Source of the DNA: Phoronis australis
Lineage: Eukaryota > Animalia > Phoronida
Reading direction: 5' to 3'
DNA: 64,000 nucleotides
NCBI GenBank assembly: GCA_002633005.1
Contig: NMRA01000379.1
Span: 310,001-374,000, forward strand
Position numbers and translations under genes: made by a program. Positions 1 through 15,300 of the stretch are shown here, piece after piece (positions within the stretch are counted from its first letter, which is position 1; each line of letters begins with the position of its first letter). Under the pieces are notes generated by a model. It had not been told where the DNA came from and did no database searches. It worked only from the letters and a program-made list of their open reading frames with translations.

Positions 1-3000
1 AGTGGACCAATAATAAGAGGCGAGTTTCCCTCTAAAGACGACCTGACAATACAAGCAAGACAGTCTCATGATACAACCACAAAATCCTGTTCTCTTACCC
101 ATGCAGCACTGCATACTTTGGTGGCATTGAGATTACAACATATACAACATATATGTTGAGAAATACAACATATGTTATGCGATTTAGTGCACGTATGTTC
201 AGCAAGTGTCTTCACCAGCAACATCAAAGCAGATACTAAACAAATAGGACCATTCATCTCCATCAGTGTGGAAATAGACAGCAATGTAAGAGGCACTGAT
301 GTAAGTACTGCAAATGGAAGTCATAAACATACTGCTGCAGTAAAATATCAATTAAATGTGCGCACAGTATAAATTGACATTCAGCAGTACAAAAATGATT
401 TGAAACAATTGGTTTCCGCTATCCGTGATTCGGGGGTTACGCCTAGTCTAGTGAAACCCAACTGAACCATAATTAATAGAACCCATAAAAGTTGTTTCCT
501 GAAAGCAACAGAGCAAAAGCCTGGGAAACGTTCTGGAAGGATAACCTAAAGCCCCTCACCTGATCTTTATCATGATGTCGCTGGTCTCTTCCTTTGTTGT
601 AATAATTCCTTCCATGTTATGTTTGACAGCAGTCAGGGTCAACAGGCTGGGTCGCGACCTGTCATAGGTCAACCATAAATTAAAAAGGCAGTCAGGTAGA
701 CCTTATTTCAAATGGGCTCGGTTTCTATTTTAAAGAACAGGATGAAAGTATCCGAACATTACAATATGACTCAAAGAGATGAAGCACATCTCATTTTGAT
801 GTGCCATGTTGATGAAATGCATTTAGTTTGCTTTAAAATAAAATTTCTTGTGCAAATCATGTTGAGACATGTAAAAACACTTTAACTGTCTTAGTAAGCC
901 TGTGTATAAAGGAGATAAAAGAATTACAGCACAAATGACATAGAAAATAAATCTGAAACTAAATAAGGCGATCCAGATCCTCCCAAGGATACTATTGTTT
1001 CATGAAATGAAGAATATAAATCGGTAAATAAAACAAGAATGGATCAACTGAAATTTGAAATTTTCGGATGTAAATGCTTTGTAAAAAGTGCAAGTTAACA
1101 AGTAAAGTTATAAAATTTGGCAACAATACGAATGCTGTGAACAAAGAAAGTAACACGAACGAATTAATCAAACAATCAAAACTGTTCACTCAACAAATAC
1201 CCAAGCTTATGCGTAATATTTCTCAGCCTAAAAGACAAAGTCCAAGGTGTCTAAGCTATAAAAAGATGCCTATGCTATCACGTCATATCCATTGCAAACA
1301 ATCACAAGATAGTCAATCAGTCACATGGTATCGAAATTATCAAAAATTAATAGAAAGCAGCACCCAGTCACTAAAGGCAAAACCAAATGTACTCTCAACA
1401 TTATGTTTGGAAGGATGGAAGGAGACTAATTGTAAAGTAGTGATCTAGTCAGACTATGAAGTAGGATCTGTTCTACCCTGCTAACTGGACTACTCTAGAC
1501 CCAACACCAAGGTCAAACTCTTCTGTGCAGTGGTTAGGTAGCCAGAAAACGAATAAGAGTCTATTACAACAACTGCATTTTGAACGCAAATTTGTGAATG
1601 GAAACTTAGCAGTGAACCTATAAAAAATTACTCCATTGAAGAAATATTAGAACATGAACTATGTGCTCACAACACACTAATTACGAATGTAAACTTGAGC
1701 ACTCCGCTAAATTTCACTTCACTTTAGTCAACAATTGTGAGAGCCAGTCAAAAACTTTGGTTGCCGACAAAATATTTGCTGACCAATTCTCGTTCAATAT
1801 ACATCTGGTTTAGCTTAGTTTCATGACCACACAACCCCATGTGTAATAATACAGTGCCTGTTATCAGAAAGTTCATCATCAGCCAGCACAGCTCTGCAAT
1901 GACATTATGCAAGTGCAGTTTTGTGTAACATCCACTACAGCATTGAACAACATGAACTATCGTGCAGTTTTGTGTAACATCCAGTTCAGCTTTGAACAAC
2001 ATCAACCATCATTTCCGTAAAAAAAGCAGTAAAGTACATCGTGTAACGTTCATTTTCTAAATAAAGCCACACATTTGTAGATTACTGCTATTAATAATAA
2101 CCACCAAGTTATTCATGTTAGTACTGCATAATACAGTTAAAAATAAAGATATTTTGCAGAATAGGCCACACCCAGACACCCAGGCGATGGTTCACAATCA
2201 TCCTCTCTTGTTGACTAACAACTTCTTGTTGTCTTTCAGGTGTATGTGCACCATGTCATGGCTCCATTGTGAACAGCACTACATTTTTACAAGTGTATGA
2301 AGAGGTGGCTACAGTTTTACAGGCTACATTTAAGCTTTGTGGGTCATTTTATGGGTTAAAAAACAAATTGATGAGTAAGCTGTCTATTTAGAGATCATTT
2401 TCATTGGCAACTTAGCTATTCCTTACAGGCAGCAAGACATCTGCAGCTCATGCTGTCACACCTTTTATGGTTTATCAGGAAACAACCAGCATAACAGATC
2501 TGTTTACCCATTCAACAAGGCTGCAGGTAGAGCACAAACATTTTGTCAGTAATTTTTTATTTTTGTCAGTAACTTTGCGTGATTGCATAATCACACTGAA
2601 TACCCAACAATCAAATTTGCACATCTATCAAAAATTGTGTTAAGTATTTAATTAATATCTATCACAATACACATAAACACCTCCCTTTTTAAGTCCTTTC
2701 CCACTGTAAGCTTTGGTATTACGGAAGCTTTAATCAGTGGGAACACTTGATCTTTTATCAAAGATAAGAGCATTAGTTAACTCCCAAGAGTTGGATTTAA
2801 CAGTGAAGTATCGAAACTTTGGTATAATAAGAACACTTAACTTCGATGTCATCAGAATTATCCGCAGGTGTAACTGCGTTGTCTTGACACATCAAGTGAT
2901 TTGATAATAAGTTGTCTTGACACATCAAGTGGTTTGATAATAAGTTGTCTTGACAGATCAGGTGATTTGATAATGAGGAGTTGGCTTGGCACATCAAGTG

Positions 3001-6000
3001 GTTTGATAATAAGTTGGCTTGACACATCAGGTGATTTGATAATGAGGAGTTGGCTTGGCACATCAAGTGGTTTGATAATGAGTTGTCTTGACACATCAAG
3101 TTGTTTTATGCACCGGGCATGGCCTCATGTTAACTGTCATTCTTTCCAAAGCAGAAACAGACCCCACTTCATACCAATTTCACTACATTAAATGGTCAAA
3201 GTAGAAGGCAGATTTGTAACATCCTTAACAAATAAAACTTACGTGTCGTAGGCATACTCCTGTTTCTCAAATTGATGGCAGGAAACAGGGGTCAATTTGT
3301 ACACACCGGGTTCCGACAGACAAAATCGGTTGATTCCGCGAGTCACGTTGAACGAACCAACATTGCGTGGCTTGTTCTCTTGAGCAAAATCCTGAGGGCA
3401 AGAAAATTTGACTTCCAATGACTTACAAGCCGGAAAGGCGGAGAATCGACCTGAAACTTGCACTAGATCAACAGGAAGCAGAGTAGACAACTCTTCGTCA
3501 TTAACCAAACAAGCTGTCAATGTTGAGTTTTACCTGAAGTACTTTACAGCGTTACCACACTCACCCAATCTTGAATTGAAGTCAGCTCAATTTGTTGGCA
3601 ATGCGTACATAAGCCATTTTTAAATTCGCAAATTTATCGTTGGCCAACCCCAATTAACTCTGATGCATTTTTTTCTTAAGAAGCTGAAGGTTTTTTCACT
3701 TTCTTGTTGGTAATGTAAACAAAATTCTATCATTAAATTAGGAGACCAATTCTATTGATAGACTAAAAGGCCGAATTCAATTTTCATTTTATTAACCAAC
3801 TAAACAGGGCAAAGTACAGCTTCACCAAATTCTCTTGTGAATTTTATTTCTTTTCTCAAGTACCACAAAGTTCTGTTCATACAAACATAGTTCTTTCCAC
3901 ATAAACCGCAGTTGCACACAGTTGGCAGGTAAAGTCATAGTTGATAGATACACTTAATCACACAACTAGTGCATAGTACCAAGTGATGTGCGACTCATGA
4001 CATCAATCAAAGAATGAATAAAACAACACGTTCATGAGAAAGAAATGTACGTGAATGAACAGAATTGCAGTGCACAAGAAAAGAAAAATAATTCGCGAAA
4101 AAGAATTCCATGGCATGGTAAAATGGTCCCAAGAAGAACATTTTACCCAAAGATACCATGACAACATTTCCTGTAAAATCTAAGCACAATGTTCATCTTG
4201 TTGATGTCCAATAGGTGAAGCACTTGCTGAAAAGCATCGTCAGTCTGGTGAGTCAGACGTTTCTGTCCTCTCTCTAAGAGCCTTGTTCACCGACAGGATT
4301 TCCCGTGTCAGGTTATCCTGGTTCTGGAAATAGGCCGTACACCCTGGGAGTTGTAAGCCTTGATCTCTGTTCAAATTGGAGCGTCAAGGCTTACAGCTCC
4401 CAGTGGTTAATGACCTAATTGTAGAATCAGATCAACCTAACGTGAAAATCCAGTCAGTGAACAAGGCCCTTAGAGAAAGGGTGGAAATGTCTGATTCACC
4501 ACACTCACTATGCTTTTAGTAAGTGACCTATTGAACATTGTACAGGAAAGCAATGAAACACGAGTGGAATAAGCAGCATTGTGACACACAATTTGCTCAC
4601 ACAGACTTTCTCTGCCACCTTCACATATTCACATCTAAGAGACAACACAAATAAGATTGAAAGATTTGTTATTGACACACCACACACACGCAAATCCACA
4701 ATGACGTTTACTACTTTATTACACCAGCATATATTCTATCAGAGGTTATATGTTAGCAAACCTACTAAATTTTCAATTATACTTCCCTATTTCCGGAGTT
4801 AATTTCATTTTTTGAATTATCTAAGAGCAGATTTTTCATCATGTCATGACAGTACTTACATTTACGGTGGTTTTAACCTAAAATTTTGAATACATTTATA
4901 CGTTTTGATGCACAAAATTTGTTACAGACAATGTTTGTACACCTAAAAAATCCTCTTTTTGTTGCCAGAGATAATTTGAGTTAACTTGCCAACTTTGGGC
5001 TGCCAAAGGTGAGACGCAAACAAATTACTTTGGTCTGATATATTCCTAATTTAATCAAAATTCCTACTTGTATCAAAAACAAAGTACTTCAAAAAGTCTT
5101 GCCACAAAACACTGTGATATGAATGTCACGACAAAACACAGCATTCTACAGTAAGGCATGAATAGTTACTGGATAAACACCACAAGTGAGCTAGTAACTC
5201 CTCAAGAACATCTAGCACATTACTCAATGACATACGACACTAGGACATTACTCAATGACATACGACACTAGAACGAAATAAATGAAAAGAAATAGACTTG
5301 AAGATCTCCTTTTGAAAATCGGCATAATACTGACACAACTTCTGATGCCAACCGAACACTTGAAAACATTTGCACCAAGGATGGTGTTTCATATGTTTTA
5401 AGCTATGATTTGCTAGAATGTGACAGTAACGCTTCAACTTTCGATGTCAGAGCACTGATGCTGTGAGTGGACTAAGGAGCAACACAGTTGACTCTTACAC
5501 CAGCACTAGGTTCAAATTGACCTTTGACAACGTCACGGCTTCAATTAATTCTTGAAAATTATTTTAATTTCTTGACATGAATATTCCGAGGTGGGCATTT
5601 AGCGGAATGTGGATGTCAACCCGAATGGATAATCAGTTGTAATTTCAGTTTCAAAGAACCGACTGAGGCACCAAATGCTCTTCGTTTCAATACTCTACCC
5701 TTTGGTAGACTGCGCTTTGTTATTCAGTATCCTATTGATACTGGTTAACCAGCGCGCAACCCGAGAACTAATTATGAGTAACTTGTGTGTGCTTACCAGA
5801 GTGATCTCGTGAGACAGAGTCACTGACAGTATATAGCCAGTCTGTGTAAACATGAGTAACTTGTGAGTGCTTACCAGAGTGATCTCGTGAGACAGAGTCA
5901 CTGACAGTATATAGCCAGTCTGTGTAAACATGAGTAACTTGTGAGTGCTTACCAGAGTGATCTCGTGAGACAGAGTCACTGACAGTATATAGCCTGTCTG

Positions 6001-6291
6001 TGTAAACCGTAGACCGCCAATGTCCTGCTCTTGCACACTGATATCCAGTGTCTTCTCTTTCCAGCACCATACATCCTGAATTAGGCTCACTGGAAATGAA
6101 ATAGTTCAAAATTGCACAGTATATCTAAATTGAAATGTAATACATTTAATCTACACGCAGGCACACACGCACGCACACACACACAACACACACACACACA
6201 CACANNNNNNNNNNNNNNNNNNNNNNNNNNNNNNNNNNNNNNNNNNNNNNNNNNNNNNNNNNNNNNNNNNNNNNNNNNNNNNNNNNNNNNN

Positions 6292-6342
<51 letters not shown>

Positions 6343-9300
6343 TAGCACCCACTAGAGCCACTCAAGACCGTGTACTTAAGGTTACGTTTGACTCTGGCGA
6401 AATTACAAATTTTTGTCTGAAATGGTTTATCAGTTTAATATGAAACTTTCAGATCACATGCTCAATGCACTCTTTACCAAAACACTGTAAGTAAGGGATT
6501 GTTGCAATTTTGCACGATGGGTATCAAGAAATAGAACTTTCATGATGAAAAAAATCAAGTTGGATAACACGAAAATGAAATAATTTAGAACGTTAATACC
6601 ATTTCTGATATTTCTTCTTGAAATTTACATCTAAAAAAATTTGGCCATGTTAGTAATGCTATTGTATTTTTCAAATTGTTCTAAAAAGATATTGTCACTT
6701 GATCCGGGTAATGGCCGATTGACTGAAGGCAAAAAACAAATTTTAGAGGATTTCTACTTTCAAAAAACATAAACTTTACCACAAATACTTAGTAAATACA
6801 AAGAGCCACTTACCTCTGTATTTTCCAGGAATGACATCTTTGAAAACAAAGGATGAACTCATTTTGTCGAGGCTTGTCTAAACAAAACAATTAAGAAATT
6901 ACAAGTTGCCATCCTGGCCATTAACACTGTCAACATTGAGCTACGATTTATGGTCACTGTGTTGCTTATTAGTCAACCAAAACTATAGCATAACAGGCTC
7001 GTATACAGAAGGCACTCAAAGTAGCAAGATTGATCAAATGCTACATAAACAAAATCCAAGCCGTCACGGTCACTCATTAAAATCTGACCTGTGACTTATG
7101 TGCATAAAATGTGGTCTTTAAGATTAAGATAAAAAGATTTCGGAGAGTAAATGCCATCAATTCCCTTGAAAGCAGAATTAACTCAGACCGACCCATTGTA
7201 TGAGCCACACAAAGCATTAACCCAATGTTGACAACATGTTATTTGTAAAAGAGGGAACAATGAATTTAGTTAATAGCAAACACAGAGTGAAAGAGCTGAC
7301 ATTAACAGTTGAACAATGTTATGACAATTATATGATAACTCCAAAACTACAATATGATGCAATCCACAATCCACAGTAGAGTTTCACAGAATAAATTGAT
7401 GCAAGTCTCTGTCAAAGGAAAGTCAGGGTGATCACATGCTTCGCTTGATGTAAAACATGGCAATATCTCGTGAAGTCAAGCGTCTTCTGGCATGTTCGCA
7501 AGATTCTCACCTCTACAGAACACACAGCAGGTAGCACATGAAATGCCAACAATCAAGCAAAACTTGCGACATGACGCACCTGAACAACTTTCTTCTCCTC
7601 TGGCTGGTTTACTGAGGACAACATCACCTGCATTCCTTTACACGGCTCTGTATAAATACAAACAATTGTCTCATTCCAACAGCAATAAGACTCACTCTCC
7701 ACATTATCTTCAAACAATTGAGCCATTCCAACAGCAATAAGACTCACTCTCCACATTATCTTCAATCAATGACATCATAAAAGTCAGACCGTCCCTAATT
7801 CAGCCATTCTTTATGTTACAACATCTTGGATCATGCAAGAAATTCATATTTTTCTGTTTTCATCACTTAAAGTTGCTGACCCTGCTCGAAATTTAAACCA
7901 ATTATGTTTGATCAGGTAAAAAAATCCACTCAGTCACGTGTCAACATCATCGACAACCATGGTGCTATTACTGAAAAATGGTTTTGACATGACGCTACAA
8001 CCAAATTGATAGATAAGTACGGATGAAGTTTGGAACCTAAATGCAATGATAATTTTATACCTGGTAGTAAAGTCTTTCATTTATAATCGAAATAAATAAA
8101 GAAATTAAGCTTGCTGGACATGTAGTGTCAAAAATAACTGCACTGTGTTCATACCTAAACAAGCTACAGTTCCGGACACAGTTGCCCTGAACTGTGTGAA
8201 GGTAATTCCCAGGACAGACTGGTCCTTGACAGTGACTGACGTCTCATGAGGCACCAGGACAAGGCCAGCTCTAACTTCAGCCTCAGACAACAAGGGCTGA
8301 AACAGATTAAAACTTTCACAATTTCATAAATGCACAGAACACAAATTGAAAAAAATCTATTAAAAGGCTCTAATGAAACAATGGTCTGTCTGAGTATGTG
8401 CACTTCACATAAATGTCAACATGCATGAGTGTCCAACTTAAGACGTCTTGAGGAGGTGAATTTCAATGCAGCAAGCTAAACTAAAATGCTTCATTTGGAC
8501 ACACCCCCTAATGCTGCTGAAGAAACTTCTTTTGTGGACAAAGTCCAGAGATATCAGTAACACCCCCCCGAATCACTGTGATTGGTTAACTTGGACTAAC
8601 GGCCCATTAAAACTGGAAGTGAACACAGACAAAAAACTTAAATGGTCCACAGGTACAACAAACAGGTCGTAAGGGTCAATTCAACCATACCCACATCTTT
8701 CTGAAATGATCCCTGATTTTAGCACGGTTCAAATTCTTCCATGATTACATATCCATGAGCTTAGGTAAGCAAGCACTGTGCACCCATCCTGAGTCACCAA
8801 GCTCATCAAGACAGTAGCTCTGATTCTTGTGAAGTGAGTGGATGATACTTGCTCATCCCTTGTAGGTTGCCCCCTAGTACATCCTCAGACTATAGCATAC
8901 TTTCGGTATTTAGATCTTTACTTGCTAGTGTCCTGTATGAACAGACCAAGAATGCACTCTGCCTAAAGTACTTTGCTAAGGGCACAGTCAAGTGACTGCA
9001 ACTATAAGGGGTCAAAATTGTGGTTGAGAGGCCACCACGCCAACCACTGCGCCACCTGCCCACTGCCCACACTGCCACTAATTACCCGTACCTTCACAAC
9101 ATACGTTCCTAACTTGGCTTGAGTACAGAAGCTACCGTCTGCCCTGGAGTCAAAAGTAATGACCTCACCAGTGGCCCCCTGCAAAGTGGCTTGTATCTTT
9201 CTGTATTGGGTCACCTGGCTGAGACTGGGTGGTAACTGATCAATGACAACCTTGCCACACAGGTCAAAGCTAAAAAGAAGATATTAGACATTCCAGAGTT

Positions 9301-12300
9301 TGACAAAGAACTTGAACCAAACTCAGCACTCCATTTGCCAATGTGACCTCAGATTGTGTTGGGTGACCTGGACAAGATCCCAAGTTGCCACGAAATCGCC
9401 ACTAACAAAGTCAGAAAATAATTCCCCAAAATTTGTTTCAAAGTTTGTGTTAACTTCCATTTCTTTAAATTACATTTTTTACAAACATTTTACTTAGATT
9501 TAATATTTTTGATTCACAATTGTATCTGTTTATTTCATGAAATCAGTGCATTTGCAACAACACCAGTTAGCACACATCAAAGACGCAGGGAGGAAGTAAA
9601 CAGATGGAAGTCGGAATTGTTCGGCAAAAATCGGGCAAGACCGGTGAAACTCGCGCCTCCAGTGTATTGGATCGTCTGCGTTTTATTTTTGTTGGCAAGT
9701 GGAATTAAGTTAGAGATTGAACAGTACATATTTTTACAGGGGAGAAATTGAAGAGGTATGTTTAACTTTCTGAGAAAGGCGTATGGCACACCCCTTTTTT
9801 ATAATCGACGATTTCAGCGTCAGATTTGGTCACCTCAGATTTCGTTTGACGACCTGGGATTATCTCCAAATGCAACTTGGCGTCAAGCTAGGTCTCGAAA
9901 ACTCAAGCTCCTTTCATTTTGAAGGACAACACAAAGGGATGACAAGAAGAAACATCACTCCTGTTGTGCCTCCTGGTTGAATACAAAAAACTTTTCAAGA
10001 AGTCAAAATAGCACCCGTTGACAACTGATGACAAACAGGAAAGCTCTACTGCAAAATGACTCTTCTTGTAACGAAGCTAAATCTCAAGCAAAATTCCTCC
10101 TTATGACGGCAGAGCGTAACTAAAATTCCCAATCAGACTAGCATCGTGACAAGACAAAACTAGACATTACCCGTGGCCAAACGGAATTGTGTCTGATTGG
10201 TTTTTGCATTCATTATCCACAATACACAACTATCATAACATCTTTTTGTGTGCCCCTCACCTGCTTGCCACAATGTCAGGTAACTCGGGTGTGTTGGGTG
10301 TCACCTTGACGGAGACCGGTTCGAAGTACACCTGGCTAGCCTCTACCTCTATCTTGTACACACCCGTCTTCATGTTCTCGAGGGTGTACGACCCATCAGG
10401 CCCAGCAGAGGTCACCTCTTTGCCGTTCACAGTCACTTTGGCACTAGGTACACCCTGTCCCTACAACGGTTGAAGGGTCAGGATGGTAACAAAATTCAGT
10501 TGAGGACAAAGTAAGGAGGAAAAGTGAAATGCAATCAATTATATAGGTGTAAAATTTTGAGCAATTGCAGCAAAGTTGTAAACATCACAAAAATTGAAAA
10601 ACAGGTATTTTGTCATGTTGTCTCAAACTCTACATTTCTACAGTGCTCTAGTCTGACAGTAAATAAAGAAGAAAGCACAGCACGCTATGAGTCAACATAG
10701 CCACTCAACTACACCCCCAGCAGACAAGATAAGAAAAAGCACTAAATAACCTCTGTCACAAAGTGATAAGAGTAGATACCTCATCAGTCACATGGTCTGA
10801 TCATGTGACCTAGTGATTCATACCATTATACTAAAGGTCTGTTTCATTAAGTCACTTGAGACTTAAAATAAAGAAATTTGATATTAAAATTCACAATTGT
10901 CAAAAAAGCTTTAACCCAGTACTCATGAGCATATCAGCTTAAAAGTAACTTGTCTGAATATCTAGCAGTTCTCGGAGACTTTACATTTTTGCTTAAACGA
11001 TGTTTGATTACTTTTTCAATAGCTGCATGGAGAGCGGTCTTAATCACTTTTCAGGCAACAGATCCCAGAGTGTCTAATATGTTTTGAATATACTAGCAGA
11101 CCCTAGAATGTCCAGTATGATTTGAATATACTAGCAGACCCCAGAGTGTCCAGTATGACTTGAATATACTAACAGACCCCAGAGTATCTAGTATGTCTTG
11201 AATATACTAACAGACACCAGAGTGTCCAGTATCACTTGAATATACTAGCAGACCCCACAGTGCCTAGCATGTCTTGAATATACTAGCAGACCCCAGAGTG
11301 TCAGCATGTCTTGAATATGCTTGCAAAACTTATTGAACAAAATTGCCAATGTTTTTGTTGAAAGGCAATTGCTATTGTCCAGCACACATGACAACAACTT
11401 TCAGTGATCAAACTATTATTAATCCAGTATTAAATACCTAACCTAATTAAAAAAATACAAGCATAGAAGACAGATGATTAAAATGAAATTGACAAAAACT
11501 CTCAATAACTCTACTGATTTATGACAGTTGACTCTAGACTACAGAATATCATGGTATGGGTTCATTCGGAACACCTTAAGTATTAATGTAACCTCAAATT
11601 TCCCTTCTATGGTGTTCAACACCTGCACATATGCAAACTTCAAGACACGCGGCATGTTGTATAATTCAGCAGAATACCTGTGTAATGAAAAACCAAAACA
11701 AGTGTCTAACAGTACCTTAGGAGGCAGATTAATGATTGGGAATCAAGTAGGATTAGATTGTTCCGACTTCTTAGAGTGAAGCCATTATTAGCCACTGTCC
11801 GTCTACTGTTACGATCGAAGTTTGCAAAATGCATTAAAAAGAAACACCTATAAGGTGTTATGAATGAGAAGTTACCTTCGGTGCTGATAAAACCTTTCCC
11901 TTTACTGAAAACCCAGCAACATCAAATGGTTTCTGAAACATCAAACAACTGTTACATCTAAAAGCCATACAGTCATTTTCGAAAAACATTTGTCTGGCTA
12001 AGTCATAAAATCAAAAGCAAAACAGAGGGAAAAATAACGCTAATCATAAAATTTGTCAAAAATGTTCGCTTCGGAAATACAAATGAGCAGAAATATTGTC
12101 AACACTTTTCAAAATAACTTTAATCAAACATAAAACGGTTAATGAAAAATCCTAACAATTGCTGTGTATCAAACACTTTTTTCTTCACTTCCACCAGAGA
12201 TGTGTACAGGCCAAAACTGTGATAACAACATTCAATAAGCCATTTGAATACTACTTGTTCAACACTCATGGATCTTTTTAAACACTACTACATAGGAAGT

Positions 12301-15300
12301 ACGATCAAAGTAGTTTTATCAATACTGTTTCTGAACACATCCATACACATAGAATACTAGAGGACAAAGATTTCTACCAGTGACCTCTAACCTTGATTTG
12401 AACTGCAGCATGATGGATTTTGAAGTTGACACTTTCTGGTTCGACATCAAATGTGATGTGTTCGCCTTTGTAAAACGGAACCTGCACAAAAAGATCATAA
12501 TACAGGATATGACAAAAGTTACCACACACTACAGAATATGACAAAAGGTATCACCCAATACACTTTTGCCATCATGATGGCTAATTCCGTAAAATCAAAA
12601 ATGATAATTGTGTTGGGGAATATTCTAATTACACCATGGCTTAGCCACCATATTAACTTTTCTGATAATTACCTTTAATTGTGGGTAATGAGGGAAGGCT
12701 GGTCTGGTGACATATTCACCTTCTGCCCACTGATCATGACGGGGGATTCTAAGTTACTTCATCTAAATACTTTGAGCTTACACTGTTGAACATAACTTCA
12801 CAATACAGGAAATCTCTTTCTAGGAACAACTATCTTCAATTATCTGTCATTGAACTGCATTTAGGATGACCGGATGAGACGAAATGTCCTAAGGTGATAA
12901 TTAGATAGGCAAAATCAATGGACACACATGGACTCTCTATTTGGAAAGATAACATTTGTTCAAATATTTGATATACAACAGTCAGTTTACTTTCTTGTTC
13001 ATACCAGTCTGTAATCACCACAGGGCAAACTTGGAAACGTGAATGTCCCGTCAGCTTTAGAGACCACGTGACACACTTGCGGTTGACCTTTGAACCCAGA
13101 GAACCCCTGCACAGCTGTCTTATGGCAGTCAGTAATGGCCTAAGAACAAAATATTATACAAGGAAACCCCAACAGTTTCAACTACTCACAACAACTAATA
13201 CAGCTGTACAACTAAAGTAAATGATAATGTTCCAGTCCTCCAACCAACATCCAACTTGCTGAGACTATGCTCAGCACATTGTTGTTCTTACAACAAAGTG
13301 CTGAGAATAGTCTCAGCACATTGTTGTAAGAACACACTTACGCCCATAGCTTTGTATTTTATCTCTAATTTTTGTTTGGTCAAGTATTGTTATCTACTGA
13401 CACTAAACAAATGCATTTAGCAACACAAAAAAGACATGGCTGCAAAAAATATTATTGCATTGCACAAAAAGACAAACGAAACTTGAAAATGAACAGATGT
13501 ATCATTTAGCGCATTCTTGTTTCATTCTCAACTGTATGTTTGCGGCACAAGGCATTACCTATACACTTTCTACGCCTTTTTGTTATATTAGATTCGTCTA
13601 ACTAAATCAAGCTGACGTTCAATTAAGGATATCTCAAACCTTATTTACATAAATTGTCCATTTTTACCGTATTCGTCGTAATAACCGCCCATGCCCCTAT
13701 AAGCGCCACCCCATGCGTTTTCAGACTTTGCTAAAATAAGTGCCCAGTCCATGAACGTGTACGTGCGAAAAATGCCTTACCTACAGTCCTAACATTCTAT
13801 AGTAACGTCTTCAATTTATCAATAATATCCGACAGTCCTCAAAAAAATCATTGTGTGCAGAATTTGCAGACCACGAGCCTTGCCGCTATGTCGGTATTTA
13901 GTCATGACTATACACTTCAAACTTCTGCCATGCCTCAAAACGAACACAAAAGTTCTGCTGATCTTGCCAGGACCAATGGTGTGGCCTTTCAGAACAAAAG
14001 TAGTGTACTTGTCTACGGGATTGATTTGTAGATATTTCCCGCTTTCAACAGGAATCCAAATTTCTTTGTACACGTCAAAACCGCAAATCGAAGACTAACA
14101 AAAGGCTTGGCCAGTGTTAAAAGCACGTGGCCAGGAAGCGCGCGCTGAATACATTAACCTGTCATCAAAGACATTAGTCGGGAACTATCCATTCATGAAA
14201 CGGGTAGCATAGTATCGGCAAGAAATGAATATTGGCACTAATTTCTGACAGTTTCGAATACTATAAAAAATGTTTGTGTTATTTCTAAGATGAATTGGTT
14301 TGATTAACCATAATTGGTGTTTTTAAGCCAAATATCCGATAAAATGATCACTGACAGTGAATGCTTACACAGCCTTACACAGGGCTTGGAATGACCAATG
14401 ACAAAAAAAGAGGAAAATTTTCCAAGTGATGTATCGTACCACAAATACATAAGCTTGTGTGCTAGAAGTATTTTTTGTGTTGTATATTTTAACTGATACA
14501 AACGTTAATTGCATGAATAAAGTCAAAATAATGACAAAAAAGAGACAAAAAAGAGGAAACTGGGAATCAAATAAGAGGAAATCGAAATCAAAAAAGAGGA
14601 AATCCTCTTAAAAGAGGAAAATTCCAAGCCCTGCTTCAACCAAAAAACAGCTGTCAGATAGTCATGTACGCATCCAGCCACACGGCGACTAATATGTGCC
14701 TTACCGAGACAAATGTCAAACGTTTTTAGCACATGAGACTGGCAAGTGCTGAATGAAACACGCTCTGGTTTAGGCCTACTGCTTGTGTACATTTATTTAG
14801 ATACAATGCACATCTAGCTCGTTAGATTGCGTGGCTCTGGCCAAAAGACGGTCTCTGCTCTGGCAAATGAACTCTGGTGACACGCACGCGCTCGCTTACT
14901 CATAAACTCAGACGAACTTAAAACAAACGTCACGTGACACCAACATGTGTGTTCGTCCAGACATTTTTCTGATGTTGCCGATCATACATGTAGATGGCAC
15001 GATGTAGCACAGATTTGTACTTAAACCTGCCGTTATCCTGACTCCACGGGAACTTAAAAATCTTAGGGACGCAACTTGGAAAACTTAAGGAGGATTTCAG
15101 GTAATTTGCTTGAGTCGAAACTGTATTTTTATTCAAGCATTGAAAGTCGTCATAATGACGATTGCAAGGCAGTCAGTCGGCGAGTTTTCACCCTGGGATT
15201 TCAGCACAAATTCCTGTAAAATGATCAAAATTTAGCTGCAAGTTTGATAGCAATGCACCATGGTTTTGTAGAAAGTCGTTCACAGATTACAGATACGTCA

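Noticed and set aside
2797-3191. Repetitive ORFs (LSNHLMCQ...) as a repeat protein or CRISPR-like array
   Set aside because: Head-to-tail 33/36-bp minisatellite with no unique spacers, inside a NOMO intron.
6087-6361. Poly-CV/HT ORFs
   Set aside because: Translation of a CA microsatellite and an N gap.
11055-11320. 39-bp array as a CRISPR array
   Set aside because: Units are contiguous without spacers, and the context is eukaryotic.
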